Both the position numbers and the translations under genes were made by a program. Shown here one piece after another: positions 12,601-22,464 of a DNA stretch of 64,000 nucleotides. The stretch covers positions 246,274-310,273 of the forward strand of contig CP144771.1 of the NCBI GenBank assembly GCA_036689245.1. Reading direction: 5' to 3'. A model generated the notes under the pieces. The model was not told where the DNA came from. It was given only the letters and a program-made list of their open reading frames with translations, and ran no database searches. The first letter of the stretch is position 1; the number at the start of each line of letters is the position of its first letter. The DNA comes from Candidatus Stammera capleta (lineage in GTDB: Bacteria > Pseudomonadota > Gammaproteobacteria > Enterobacterales > Enterobacteriaceae).

Positions 12601-13722
12601 TTCACCAGGCCTAATCATTTTATATATCTCTATAAGAGAAGAATCCCTATCTAAAACTCCATCAATTTTAAGAGTAGATGATATATAAAAACCTCCATAT
12701 AACTCACTAAAATATAAAATATTAATTTTATTAAAACCATAATTACGTATTTTACACAATAAATCAACATCTAAAACTGAATTAGCATAACCTATAATTT
12801 CATTAGTTTCTTTATTAACATAATCTTGAGCTAATATTTTACCGTTTACATAATCTAATGGTATTTTAACAAGATTAACATTATCTTTTTCTAAATTTCT
12901 AATATGTTTTAATGTTATTCTTCTACTTTTATTTACATATATTTTATTATTAAATTTTAAATCAAAATCTAATATTTCTCCTCTTAACCTATTAGGTATA
13001 ATATGTAAATATAAATCATCATTAATAAATTCTAAAACATTAAAATCAAAAAATATTTTAAGTATTTCATTAACACTATATCCTAAAGCTTTTAAAAAAA
13101 CTGTAACAGGTAATTTCCTTTTACGATCTATACGAACAAATAAATTATCTCTTGAATCAAATTCAAAATCTAACCAAGATCCTCTATATGGAATAATTCT
13201 AGCATTATACAAAATTTTTCCAGAAGAATGTATTTTACCTTTATCATGATCAAAAAATACTCCAGGACTACGATGTAGTTGTGATACTACTACTCTTTCA
13301 GTTCCATTTACTACAAAAGTACCTCTATTTGTCATTAAAGGTATATCACCCATATATACTTCTTGTTTTCTACAAAATTTTATTTTTTTTTTATTAGAAA
13401 ACTCATCATAAACTAATAAACATAACTTAACTTTTAAAGAAACAGAATATGTTAAACCTTTAATATTACATTCTCTATCATTAAATAGTGGTTCACCAAA
13501 ACTATAACTTATATAAGTTAATTCAATATTTTTACTATAACTAGAAATAGGAAAAATAGATTTAAATGATAAATCTAAACCTGAACAAACATTATCAGTA
13601 GAATATAAAAATTTTTTATAAGATTCTATTTGAATAGATAATAAATATGGAACATCTAAAATTTTTTTAATTTTAGAAAAATTTTTACGTATACGTTTTT
13701 TTTCAGTATAAGAATAAACCAT
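9685..13722 (-). CDS. rpoB: DNA-directed RNA polymerase subunit beta
   Basis: 1345 aa. Conserved blocks such as [23 protein letters not shown] and [18 protein letters not shown]. The region equivalent to the dispensable lineage-specific insertion is highly diverged. Confidence 0.99.
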   Translation of the reverse strand: MVYSYTEKKRIRKNFSKIKKILDVPYLLSIQIESYKKFLYSTDNVCSGLDLSFKSIFPISSYSKNIELTYISYSFGEPLFNDRECNIKGLTYSVSLKVKLCLLVYDEFSNKKKIKFCRKQEVYMGDIPLMTNRGTFVVNGTERVVVSQLHRSPGVFFDHDKGKIHSSGKILYNARIIPYRGSWLDFEFDSRDNLFVRIDRKRKLPVTVFLKALGYSVNEILKIFFDFNVLEFINDDLYLHIIPNRLRGEILDFDLKFNNKIYVNKSRRITLKHIRNLEKDNVNLVKIPLDYVNGKILAQDYVNKETNEIIGYANSVLDVDLLCKIRNYGFNKINILYFSELYGGFYISSTLKIDGVLDRDSSLIEIYKMIRPGEPPTIDAAESLFKNLFFVNGKYDLSDVGRMKFNKSIGRKNICGSLILQKEDIIDTLKKLINIKNGNGIVDDIDHLGNRRVRSVGEMVENQFRIGLVRIERTVKERLFSLSGELIDLYPQDLINAKPLSAIIKDFFCSSQLSQFMDQNNPLSEITHKRRISALGPGGLTRERAGFEVRDVHPTHYGRVCPIETPEGPNIGLINSLSLYARINNYGFLETPYRVVKYGVVTDKIEYLSAIEEGDYVISQSNVKLDNFNKFKDNFLLCRYNGEFNLFKVNQINYMDVSPQQIVSIGASLIPFLEHDDANRALMGANMQRQAVPSIISDKPLVGTGMEYKIAVDSGVVVIAKNDGVIKYVDSSKIFIEVLLENNSLNKIPKIDVYYLTKFLKSNQNTCINQTPCVKLNDSILKGDILADSSSTDLGELALGQNLRVAFMSWHGYNFEDSILISDNVVRKDLFTSIHIHELSCIARDTKLGSEEITSDIPGVSESILSKLDESGIIYVGAEVKSGDILVGKVTPKGETQLTPEEKLLRAIFGEKASEVKDSSLRVPNGVLGTVIDIQIFSREYSVKDKRNLEIDKIKLNDFKNNIYYELYFCEKSLISKVKEILFKNNYDLNKFNFIKSYKDLKKINISNICIKLNICRLIKSYKNIIKYYRNKINKFKLKIKYGNELAPGILKIVKVYLSVKRYLQSGDKMAGRHGNKGVISKICSIEDMPYDKDGVPVDIILNPLGVPSRMNIGQILETHMGMAVKVIGDKVSKMLNDNLDLVKLRKFIGKIYNLGSKYNKNDLILLNDDELFELAKNLSNGIPVSTPVFDGINEKEIKKFLKIAGLNSSGQTYLYDGLTGERFDRPITIGYIYMMKLNHLVEDKIHARSTGSYSLVTQQPLGGKAQFGGQRFGEMEVWALEAYGASYTLQEMLTVKSDDVSGRIKVYKNIVNDDHQMDPGMPESFNVLLKEICSLGINIELENN

Positions 13723-13768
13723 ATAATTTTAATAATAAATAATTATTTAATACTCAATAACAAAAAAT

Positions 13769-14140
13769 TTATTTAACTTCTATTACAGCTCCTACTTCTT
13801 CAAAAGATTTTTTAAATAATTCTAAATCTTTTTTATTTACATTTTTTTTAATTAATACAGGACAAGATTCAACTAAATCTTTAGCTTCTTTTAAACCTAA
13901 ATTAATAAAACTACGTACAACTTTTATAACAGCTATTTTATTAGATCCAATAGATTTTAAATAAAAATCAAACTCATTTTTTTCTTCATTTCTTTTAGAA
14001 GATTCTAAAGAATTTAAAGACATATTATAATCTGATTTAACAATACCAAATTTTTTTTCTATAAGATCTACTAATTCTATAACTTCAATTAAAGACATAG
14101 AATATATTTTTTCTATAATTTCTTCTTTAGTGATTTTCAT
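13769..14140 (-). CDS. rplL: 50S ribosomal protein L7/L12
   Basis: 123 aa. C-terminal domain [24 protein letters not shown]. Position between rplJ and rpoB. Confidence 0.95.
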   Translation of the reverse strand: MKITKEEIIEKIYSMSLIEVIELVDLIEKKFGIVKSDYNMSLNSLESSKRNEEKNEFDFYLKSIGSNKIAVIKVVRSFINLGLKEAKDLVESCPVLIKKNVNKKDLELFKKSFEEVGAVIEVK

Positions 14141-14166
14141 ATTTTAATCAGTAATAATCATTAAAT

Positions 14167-14664
14167 TTATATATTTTTTTTGTTAATAACTAATCTTAAT
14201 ACACGAAAAATTTTAAAAATAAATATATTTTTAATTAAAAAAATAAAATACATTATGGCTAATTTTAAAGAATATAAAAAAGATAATTTTTTATTTAAAT
14301 CTAAAGAGATTAAATTACCATCTACAGAAATCGCTTTTATATTAATTTTACCTTTATATTTTTGTTTATAAGGATAAAAAACTTTAGATGCTAAACTATA
14401 ACTGTTAATAGAAAAAATAACTATAGTAGGACCATTAAAATATTTTATTAAACAATTAAATTTAGTATCTTTAAAAGCAATTTTAAATAAAGTATTACGA
14501 GCCATAATCATACATATTTCATTTAAAGATATATCTTTACGTATAATATTTATTTCATTAGAAGTAATATTAATAAAATTTAATAAAATTATAGACAAAG
14601 ATTGATTTATTTTTTTTTTAATATTCAAAATAATATTTTGTTTTTTATTGTAATTTAATAACAT
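14167..14664 (-). CDS. rplJ: 50S ribosomal protein L10
   Basis: 165 aa. Called on size and conserved position between rplA and rplL. The sequence is strongly diverged. Confidence 0.85.
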   Translation of the reverse strand: MLLNYNKKQNIILNIKKKINQSLSIILLNFINITSNEINIIRKDISLNEICMIMARNTLFKIAFKDTKFNCLIKYFNGPTIVIFSINSYSLASKVFYPYKQKYKGKINIKAISVDGNLISLDLNKKLSFLYSLKLAIMYFIFLIKNIFIFKIFRVLRLVINKKNI

Positions 14665-14691
14665 AAATAACTCAAATTAATATAATTTTAA

Positions 14692-15330
14692 TTAAATATT
14701 AACTATAAACCCTTTTCCCATTGTTGATGAAATAGTAATTTTTTTAATAAATGAATCAACTTTACAATTAATAGGTCTATTAGATTTAATAGATAATATT
14801 AAAGACATCAAATTTTCAGATAATTTATCATTAGAAAAATTAATTTTACCTATAAGGGAATGTATTATACCAAATTTATCAGTTTTATAAATTATCTTAT
14901 TGTTTAAAAATTTTTTTATAGTTTCAGATAAATTTTCAGTTATAGTACCTAATTTTAAATTAGGCATCAAACCTTTAGGACCTAATATTACACCTAATTT
15001 ACTAATATATTTAGTAGAATTAACATCAGATATAACTAAATCATAAACTATTTTTTTATCAATAATTTTTTTAAATAATTTATCCATACCTACATAATAA
15101 GCACCAGAAGAATAAGCTATATTATAATTTTCTCTTTCAGTAAAAACTACAATTTTTAATTTCTTACCAGTACCATGAGGTAAATAAACAGTACCTTTAA
15201 TAACATGATCTGATCTTTTAGTATCAATATCCAAATTAATAGCTACATCAATTGATTCAATAAATTTAAATTTAGATTTATTTTTCAATTTATCAAACAT
15301 ATCAACAAAATTAATTATTTTTTTAATCAT
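14692..15330 (-). CDS. rplA: 50S ribosomal protein L1 (about 20 aa shorter at the N-terminus than E. coli)
   Basis: 212 aa. Matches include FIESIDVAINLDID, LPHGTGKK, LGPKGLMPN and ISSTMG. Confidence 0.93.
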   Translation of the reverse strand: MIKKIINFVDMFDKLKNKSKFKFIESIDVAINLDIDTKRSDHVIKGTVYLPHGTGKKLKIVVFTERENYNIAYSSGAYYVGMDKLFKKIIDKKIVYDLVISDVNSTKYISKLGVILGPKGLMPNLKLGTITENLSETIKKFLNNKIIYKTDKFGIIHSLIGKINFSNDKLSENLMSLILSIKSNRPINCKVDSFIKKITISSTMGKGFIVNI

Positions 15331-15354
15331 AACTTTAAAATTAATAATTTTAAA

Positions 15355-15780
15355 TTATTCTTTTACTAATATTCCCATAGAACGAGCAGTACCAATAATA
15401 GACAAAGAAATTGAATTAATATTATTACTATTCATATCAGGATATTTTAATTTAGCAATTTCTATAATATGTAATTTTTTAATATAACTTATAATTTTAC
15501 TTCCAGGTTTTGAAGATCCTTTATCTAATGATAATTTTTTTTTTAAAAGTACAGATACAGGAGGGGTTTTAATAATAAAAGTAAAATTACGATCAGAATA
15601 AACAGTAATAATTACAGGTAAAGGAATACCTTTTTCCATATTATTAGTTTGATCATTAAACATTTTACAAAAATTCATTATATTTAATCCATTTTGACCT
15701 AATACTGGTCCTACAGGAGGACTAGGGTTAGCCATACCTGATAAAACTTGCAATTTAACAAACTTTACTATTTTTGACAT
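15355..15780 (-). CDS. rplK: 50S ribosomal protein L11
   Basis: 141 aa. Motif ANPSPPVGPVLGQNGLNIMNFCK. Confidence 0.96.
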   Translation of the reverse strand: MSKIVKFVKLQVLSGMANPSPPVGPVLGQNGLNIMNFCKMFNDQTNNMEKGIPLPVIITVYSDRNFTFIIKTPPVSVLLKKKLSLDKGSSKPGSKIISYIKKLHIIEIAKLKYPDMNSNNINSISLSIIGTARSMGILVKE

Positions 15781-15805
15781 AATATTTAAATTTAATAAAA
15801 TTTAA

Positions 15806-16354
15806 TTAACTACTTTTTTCAACTTGAGAAAAATCTAACTCTACTGGTGTAGATCTACCAAAAATAGATACAGATACCTTCAAAATATTTTTATCATAAT
15901 CAACCTCTTCTACAAGACCATTAAAATCAGAAAATGGTCCACTATTAACACGTATTAATTCACCTGGTTCAAATAATACCTTAGGAATTAATTTACCATC
16001 TATATTTCTCAATTTATTTTTTATATATTCAACTTCATCTTTTTTTAAAAAAGCTGGATTTGCTGAATTTCCACCTATAAAACCAATAACACGTGGTATA
16101 TTACGTACTAAATACCAATTTTTTTCATTCATTACCATATAAATCAAAAAATATCCAGGAAAAAATTTACGATCACTTTTTTTTCTTATTCCTTTTTTAA
16201 CCTCTACAACTTCTTCAGTAGGTATTAAAATATCACCAAAATAATTTTGTAAATTATATAATTTTATACGATTTTTTAAAAAATTTACTACCTTATTTTC
16301 AAAACTAGAAAAAACTTGAACAACATACCATTTTTTTTTTTCTAGAAAAGACAT
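15806..16354 (-). CDS. nusG: Transcription termination/antitermination factor NusG
   Basis: 182 aa. N-terminus [13 protein letters not shown], a KOW region ([16 protein letters not shown]), and secE-nusG-rplK synteny. Confidence 0.95.
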   Translation of the reverse strand: MSFLEKKKWYVVQVFSSFENKVVNFLKNRIKLYNLQNYFGDILIPTEEVVEVKKGIRKKSDRKFFPGYFLIYMVMNEKNWYLVRNIPRVIGFIGGNSANPAFLKKDEVEYIKNKLRNIDGKLIPKVLFEPGELIRVNSGPFSDFNGLVEEVDYDKNILKVSVSIFGRSTPVELDFSQVEKSS

Positions 16355-16355
16355 T

Positions 16356-16640
16356 TTATAACCTCAAATTAATAATAAAATATATAAAATATGATAAAAT
16401 TTTATCTAATATATATATAAAAAAAGATATTGAAAAACTTAAACATAAAACTACAAAAGTTATTTGTATAGATTCTATTAAAGAAGGCCATATAATTTTA
16501 GAAACTTCTTTTTTAGATTCATTTAAAAAAAATAAAATTTTTCTAAAAAAATTTAAAAATTTTAATAAATAAAAAAAAGAAAAAAAACTTATAAAATTTA
16601 TAAAAAAAAATAAAAAATCATAAAAACAAAAATTTTTCAT
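16356..16640 (-). CDS. secE: Preprotein translocase subunit SecE (shortened)
   Basis: 94 aa. [13 protein letters not shown] matches E. coli EVRKVIWPTRQET and is followed by a C-terminal TM helix. Lies directly upstream of nusG. Confidence 0.85.
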   Translation of the reverse strand: MKNFCFYDFLFFFINFISFFSFFYLLKFLNFFRKILFFLNESKKEVSKIIWPSLIESIQITFVVLCLSFSISFFIYILDKILSYFIYFIINLRL

Positions 16641-16740
16641 AAAATTTAAATTAAAAAATAATTCAAACTAAAATTAGTTTAGTTTATTAAATTTAATAAA
16701 AAAATAATTTTTTTTTTTACAAAATATACTAATATTAAAA

Positions 16741-17820
16741 TTAATAAAAAAAATTTAGATTACTTAAATACAAAAAAAGTTTATCAATTTTATTAGAATC
16801 AATAAATTGAACTTCAAAATTTAATAAAATTTTAAATTTTAAAAATACTTTTTTTCTAATAAAAAAAGAAAAATGATAAATATCATTATATGATGCATTA
16901 TAACTATTTACTATAATTAATGGATTTTTATGAAATAATCTTGCTCCTCCATAATGTTTGTATTTTAAACCACATTTATCAATTAAATAAGCAGCAGAAA
17001 TTTTTTTTTTAAAAAAAAAATTTTTATAAAAATAAATATTTAAAAAATCAAAAATTTCAGGATATAAATTAATTAAATTTAAATAAATTGAATAATCAAT
17101 TACAGGATTTTTAAAAAAACTACCCACATTACCTAAATACCTTATATCAGGTAATTTTTTTTTTCTTAAAAAAAAAACCTTTAAATAAATATCTTCAGAT
17201 TTAATAGAATTATCTTTATAATCAAAACTATTAATTAAATCTTTATACCATAAAAATGGTTTCCATCTTTTTTTAATTTTTAAACCAACTTTTAAAATTA
17301 TAAATCTATTAAAAAAAATATTTTTAAATAAACTCTCTCTATAAGAGAGACAACAATTTTTTTTTTTAATAAAAATTTCTTTTCCACTTAAAATATCAAA
17401 TACTTTTACATAATTCAAAAAATTTTTTAATTCTAAACCATAAGCTCCTATATTATTAACTACAGAAGAACCTACAGAACCAGGTATAAAAGACAAATTT
17501 TCTAAACCATATATACCATTATTTAAGGTAAAATTTACTAAATCAGACCAATTTTCACCAGAATTAATTTCTAATAACCAGTAATCAATATTTTGGTCTA
17601 TAATAATTCTTCCTTTTACCCTATTTATTAATACTGTACCATAAAAATTATTTAAAAACAATATATTACTACCTTCACCTATTAAAACTAAAGGTTTCTT
17701 TTTTTTAAAATGTAACAAATAAAAATTTTTAAGATACTTAAAATCATCTAATATAAATAAACTATCTGATTTAATAGATAAATTTAAAGTATTAAACTTC
17801 TTTAAAGAATTTAAACACAT
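16741..17820 (-). CDS. murB: UDP-N-acetylenolpyruvoylglucosamine reductase
   Basis: 359 aa. Motifs LIGEGSNILF, GLENLSFIPGSVGSSVVNNIGAYG and GSFFKNP. Confidence 0.93.
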   Translation of the reverse strand: MCLNSLKKFNTLNLSIKSDSLFILDDFKYLKNFYLLHFKKKKPLVLIGEGSNILFLNNFYGTVLINRVKGRIIIDQNIDYWLLEINSGENWSDLVNFTLNNGIYGLENLSFIPGSVGSSVVNNIGAYGLELKNFLNYVKVFDILSGKEIFIKKKNCCLSYRESLFKNIFFNRFIILKVGLKIKKRWKPFLWYKDLINSFDYKDNSIKSEDIYLKVFFLRKKKLPDIRYLGNVGSFFKNPVIDYSIYLNLINLYPEIFDFLNIYFYKNFFFKKKISAAYLIDKCGLKYKHYGGARLFHKNPLIIVNSYNASYNDIYHFSFFIRKKVFLKFKILLNFEVQFIDSNKIDKLFLYLSNLNFFY

Positions 17821-17825
17821 TTTAA

Positions 17826-18266
17826 TTAAATTAATTTAGATAAAAAAAAAGATTCTAAATAAAACATTTTTTTGTAATTTAATTCATTATAATGACTATA
17901 ACCTAATATATGTAACATACTATGAATTAAAATTTTAGAAAAATAATAAAAATAATCAATATTATTTTTTATAGACTCAAATAAAATTAACTTAGGACAT
18001 AAAAATATATCACCTAAAAAAAAATTTATACTACTTACTAAGTAATATCTAAAAGATAATACATTAGTTACCATATTAATATATCTATATTTTTTATTTA
18101 AAAAAACAATTTTTTTTTCATTGACTAAAATAATATTAATTGAATTATCTATATTATAATATAGATATATATAATATAACCAAATATTAAAATATATCCA
18201 AGAAGGATAAAAACTACAATCATTACATCTATAATAAATATTAATAAAACGTTTATAAAATAACAT
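17826..18266 (-). CDS. ybeY: Endoribonuclease YbeY
   Basis: 146 aa. Zinc motif HSMLHILGYSH. ybeY-ybeZ-miaB synteny. Confidence 0.9.
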   Translation of the reverse strand: MLFYKRFINIYYRCNDCSFYPSWIYFNIWLYYIYLYYNIDNSINIILVNEKKIVFLNKKYRYINMVTNVLSFRYYLVSSINFFLGDIFLCPKLILFESIKNNIDYFYYFSKILIHSMLHILGYSHYNELNYKKMFYLESFFLSKLI

Positions 18267-18277
18267 AAATAATTAAT

Positions 18278-18946
18278 TTAATTATTGTAAATTTCATAAG
18301 CTTTAACTATTTTAGCAACTATATTAGAACGTACAATATCACTAATACTAAAAAAAATAAAACCTATATCATCTAAATTTTTTAAAATTTTTATAACATG
18401 TATTAAACCTGAACTAATATTATTAGGTAAATCTATTTGAGAAATATCACCATTAATAACAACTTTAGAATTAAATCCTAATCTGGTTAAAAACATTTTC
18501 ATTTGTTTAATAGTAGTATTTTGTGCTTCATCTAAAATAATAAATGAATCATTAAATGTTCTACCTCTCATATAAGCTAATGGAACTACTTCTATAATAT
18601 TTCTATCAATATATTTATTTTTACAATCAGATCCTAAAATATCAAATAAAACATCATATATAGGACATAAATAAGGATCAATTTTTTGATTAAAATTACC
18701 AGGTAAAAAACCTAATTTTTCTCCTGCTTCAACTATAGGACGAGCTAATATAATTCTATATATTTTCCTTTTTCTTAAATAATCTACAGCTGCAGCTACA
18801 GATAAATATGTTTTACCTGTTCCTGAAACACCTATACCAAAAGTAATAACTTTACTTTGAATACTATTTAAATAATTAATTTGTACTTTATTTTTAGCTT
18901 TTATTAAACTATATCTAGTTTTTAAACAAAAATTACTTTTTTTCAT
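18278..18946 (-). CDS. ybeZ: PhoH-like ATPase YbeZ
   Basis: 222 aa. Walker A GVSGTGKTYL and Walker B-like FIILDEAQN. Confidence 0.92.
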   Translation of the reverse strand: MKKSNFCLKTRYSLIKAKNKVQINYLNSIQSKVITFGIGVSGTGKTYLSVAAAVDYLRKRKIYRIILARPIVEAGEKLGFLPGNFNQKIDPYLCPIYDVLFDILGSDCKNKYIDRNIIEVVPLAYMRGRTFNDSFIILDEAQNTTIKQMKMFLTRLGFNSKVVINGDISQIDLPNNISSGLIHVIKILKNLDDIGFIFFSISDIVRSNIVAKIVKAYEIYNN

Positions 18947-18994
18947 TAATATTTTAAAATATAAATAACTTAAATATAAAATTTAAAAAAAATT

Positions 18995-20314
18995 TTACTT
19001 ACATATATAACCATATAAAAAATTTTTACTAAAATCAATTACTTTAACATAAACAAATGTACCAATAAATTTTCTATCACCAAAAAAACATATTAACCTA
19101 TTACTATCTGTTCTACCATAACATATATTATTTCTAAAATTAAATTTTTTTTCAACTAAAACTCTTTGTATACTACCTAACATAGAACTACTCCAAAAAA
19201 TAGAATTTTTATATATTAATTCCTTAATTTTATTTAATCTATATTTTTTCAATTTAATACTAACATTATCTTCAATATAATAAGATTTAGTATATGGTCT
19301 AGGAGAATAAATAAATATAAAACTTTTATCAAATTTTATTTCCGATATTAAATTCATTGTTAAAATAAAATCATCTTCTGTTTCAGATGGAAAACCTACT
19401 ATAAAATCTGAACTAAATATCATATTTGGTCTAATTAATAAAATAGAATCAATTAATTTTTTATAATAATTAACAGTATAATTTCTTTTCATTAATTTTA
19501 GTATTCTATCTGATCCACTCTGAATAGGCAAATGTAAAAAATTAGCTATTTTACTTATATTTTTATAAGCTAATAATAAATCTTTATTAAAATTAATAGG
19601 ATGATTAGTAATTAATCTTATTCTTTTAATACCATTTATATCAGATATTAAATTTAATAAATGATAAAAACTACATTTTTTACCATTAGAAAAATAACTA
19701 GAATAAGCATTTACATTTTGACCTAATAAATTAATTTCTACCACTCCATTTAAAGATAAATAATTTATTTCAGAAATAATTTCTTCAGGAAATCTACTAA
19801 TTTCTTTTCCTCTAGTAAATGGAACAATACAATATGAACAATATTTATTACAACCTTCTATTATAGAAATATTATAAATAAAACTATCAATAGTTTTTTT
19901 AATTATACTAACATTTGAATAATAAAAATTAATATCTATTATTCTATTACCATATTCATTAAATTTTTTAAATAAAAAATAAATTTTACTTAAAGATTTA
20001 GGACCAAATATTATATCTACAATATTACTTTTTAAAAATATTTTTTCTTTATCTTGTACTGCTACACATCCACCAACAGCTACAATTAATTTAGAATTTA
20101 AAGTTTTTATTTTTTTAATATAACCTAATTTATCATATAATTTTCTTTGAGATTTTTCTCTTACTGAACATGTATTTAAAATAATAACATTAGCTTCATT
20201 AATATCTAAAGTAATTACAAATTCATTATATTTATTTAAATAAAAAAAAATTTTGTCAGAATCATATTTATTCATCTGACAACCCCAAGTTTTTATATAT
20301 AATTTTTTATACAT
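18995..20314 (-). CDS. miaB: tRNA-2-methylthio-N6-dimethylallyladenosine synthase
   Basis: 439 aa. N-terminal WGCQMN and the radical-SAM motif CNKYCSYC. Confidence 0.95.
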   Translation of the reverse strand: MYKKLYIKTWGCQMNKYDSDKIFFYLNKYNEFVITLDINEANVIILNTCSVREKSQRKLYDKLGYIKKIKTLNSKLIVAVGGCVAVQDKEKIFLKSNIVDIIFGPKSLSKIYFLFKKFNEYGNRIIDINFYYSNVSIIKKTIDSFIYNISIIEGCNKYCSYCIVPFTRGKEISRFPEEIISEINYLSLNGVVEINLLGQNVNAYSSYFSNGKKCSFYHLLNLISDINGIKRIRLITNHPINFNKDLLLAYKNISKIANFLHLPIQSGSDRILKLMKRNYTVNYYKKLIDSILLIRPNMIFSSDFIVGFPSETEDDFILTMNLISEIKFDKSFIFIYSPRPYTKSYYIEDNVSIKLKKYRLNKIKELIYKNSIFWSSSMLGSIQRVLVEKKFNFRNNICYGRTDSNRLICFFGDRKFIGTFVYVKVIDFSKNFLYGYICK

Positions 20315-20388
20315 AAATATCCTTTAAAAAATTTATATAAACAAAAATTACAAAATTAAAAAATTAATACCTTTTAATTATATTAAAT

Positions 20389-20461
20389 TAGCTATAATAG
20401 GAATTGAACCTATATCTTCAGCGTTATGAATGCTGTGCTTTACCTATTAAGCTATATAGCC
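20389..20461 (-). tRNA. tRNA-Met (anticodon CAT), probably elongator. tRNA-Ile2 is not formally excluded.
   Basis: Hand-folded cloverleaf. Acceptor GGCTATA/TATAGCT, anticodon loop TTCATAA, T-loop GTTCAATT. Position matches the E. coli leuW-glnU-metU cluster next to miaB. No encoded CCA. Confidence 0.85.
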
Positions 20462-20474
20462 TATTAATTAAAAA

Positions 20475-20546
20475 CAGGGGTACCAGGATTCGAACCTGAG
20501 AATGTCGGGATCAAAACCCGATGCCTTACCACTTGGCTATACCCCA
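20475..20546 (-). tRNA. tRNA-Gln (anticodon TTG)
   Basis: Near-identical to recalled E. coli tRNA-Gln (TGGGGTATAGCCAAGTGGTAAGGCA...). Anticodon loop TTTTGAT. No encoded CCA. Confidence 0.93.
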
Positions 20547-20555
20547 ATAATAAAA

Positions 20556-20636
20556 TACGGAAGACGAGATTTGAACTCGTACACTAAAAGTACTAGAATC
20601 TAAATCTAGTGCGTCTACCAATTTCGCCACTTCCGC
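20556..20636 (-). tRNA. tRNA-Leu (anticodon TAG)
   Basis: Type II tRNA with a long variable arm. Acceptor GCGGAAG/CTTCCGT, anticodon loop TTTAGAT. No encoded CCA. Confidence 0.9.
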
Positions 20637-20780
20637 AATAATTAATTATTTTTAAAAAATATAATTATAATTAAAACATATATTTAAAATATATAAGTAT
20701 AGTTAAATTATGCTTTTAAATCATAAAAGAGTCAATATTTATATTGACTTTATATATATAAAAGATAAAATAAAATTAAT

Positions 20781-21637
20781 ATGAAAAAAATAAAAATATC
20801 AAATTTTATTGAAATAATTCTTAAAAAAATAAAAAATAAAAAAATATATTGTGGACATGGTACAAATAACAAATATTCAGAAATAATATATCTAATATAT
20901 ACATATTTAAATTTAAAATTCCAAAAAAAAAATTTAAATTTAAAAATAAATATTTTTAAAAAAAAAAAATTTTAAAATTAATTAAAAAAAGAATTAAACA
21001 AAGAATACCTACACCTTATTTAACTAATAAGGCTATCTTCTGTAAGAAGATATTCTATATAAATAGAAATGTAATGATCCCTAGATCACCAATATCAGAA
21101 TTAATAAACAATAAATTTAAAATAATAAAAAAAATAAAACCAAAAAATATTTTAGATTTATGTACAGGAAGTGGATGTATAGCAATACTATGTTCATATA
21201 TTTTTCCAAAATCTAAAATTGATGCAACAGATATATCAAGTAAAGCTTTATATGTAGCTAAAAAAAATATTACTTTACATAAAGTAAAAAATATAAATTT
21301 AATAAAATCAAATTTATTTAATAAAATTAAAAAAAAATACGATTTAATTATAACTAATCCACCATATATAAATAGAAAAGATATAAAATATTTACCTAAA
21401 GAATATAAATATGAACCATATATATCATTAGTATCCTCAAAAAATGGAACATTTTTAATAAAACAAATTATTAAACAATCAAAAAAATTTTTATCAGATA
21501 ACGGATACTTAATCTGCGAAACTGGACATCAAAAAAACAATATAATACAAAAATTTCCAAATTTAAAATTTAAATGGATAAAATTAAAAAATGGTACTAA
21601 AGGAATATTTATAATAAATAAAAAAAAATTAAATTAA
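20781..21637 (+). CDS. prmB: Ribosomal protein L3 glutamine N5-methyltransferase PrmB, interrupted by a frameshift inside an A12 tract (pseudogene or slippage-rescued)
   Basis: ORF 20781-20975 carries YCGHGTNNKYSE (E. coli WYGHGTDNPWDE). A second frame, open from 20960, reads KKRIKQRIPTPYLTNKAIFC...IPRSPISELINNKF...CTGSGCIAI...ITNPPY. The frames change within A12 at 20958-20969. Confidence 0.85.
20958..20969 (+). repeat. A12 homopolymer at the prmB frame junction
   Basis: Counted directly: 12 consecutive A. Both reading frames are open across it. Confidence 0.95.
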
Positions 21638-22441
21638 ATATTTAATATTTAAATTAACTTTAAATAAAGCAATAAAATTTTTTTTATTAATAAATATTAA
21701 ATCATTAATATCTATACATTTAATTTCAGAAATTTTTTTAAATATTAATAAAATTTTAGTAGAATCATTAAATTTTCCTCTAAATGGATGAGGACTAAGA
21801 TAAGGAGAATCAGTTTCAACTAATAATCTATCTAAAGGAATATATTTAACTATTTTTTGTATATCAATAGCATTTATAAATGTTACTAAACCTGATATAG
21901 AAATATATAAACCAATATCTAATAATTTAGATAATTCATTTTTTTTAATATAACTAAAACAATGTACTAATCCACCAAAATCCAATATATTAAATCTACT
22001 TACAATATCATAAGTATCTTTAAAAGAAAATCTAGAATGAATAATAATAGGTTTTTTATTTTTTTTTGCTATATTTAAATGAAATTTAAAAAGTTTAATT
22101 TGTATTTTTTTATTTAAGAAACTAGATAATTTATAATCTAAACCAGATTCTCCTATAGCAATAACTTTTTTATGTAAAGATATTTTTTTTAAAAAAAATA
22201 ATTTTTTAATACTAATATTATTTTTCCAATACAAAGGATGTATACCACAAGATATACCTATATTAGGTATATTTATTGACATTCTAAAAATTTTTAAAAA
22301 ACTTTTTAAATCTATTGATACAGCTAAAATATATAAAATATTTTTTTTTTTACAAAAATTAACATATTCTTTAATATTATTAAATAATTTACTATTATAA
22401 TTTAATATATCTATATGACAATGAGAATCTATTAAAAACAT
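21629..22441 (-). CDS. ycfH: TatD-family metal-dependent hydrolase (YcfH)
   Basis: 270 aa. N-terminal IDSHCHID, IGESGLDY and VETDSPYL. tmk-holB-ycfH operon order as in E. coli. Confidence 0.9.
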   Translation of the reverse strand: MFLIDSHCHIDILNYNSKLFNNIKEYVNFCKKKNILYILAVSIDLKSFLKIFRMSINIPNIGISCGIHPLYWKNNISIKKLFFLKKISLHKKVIAIGESGLDYKLSSFLNKKIQIKLFKFHLNIAKKNKKPIIIHSRFSFKDTYDIVSRFNILDFGGLVHCFSYIKKNELSKLLDIGLYISISGLVTFINAIDIQKIVKYIPLDRLLVETDSPYLSPHPFRGKFNDSTKILLIFKKISEIKCIDINDLIFINKKNFIALFKVNLNIKYLI

Positions 22442-22464
22442 AATTTTTTTAAAAACTAATAAAT

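Noticed and set aside
20781-20975. A stand-alone 64-aa small protein.
   Set aside because: Its sequence is the N-terminus of PrmB (YCGHGTNNKYSE). The rest of prmB follows in another frame after the A12 tract.
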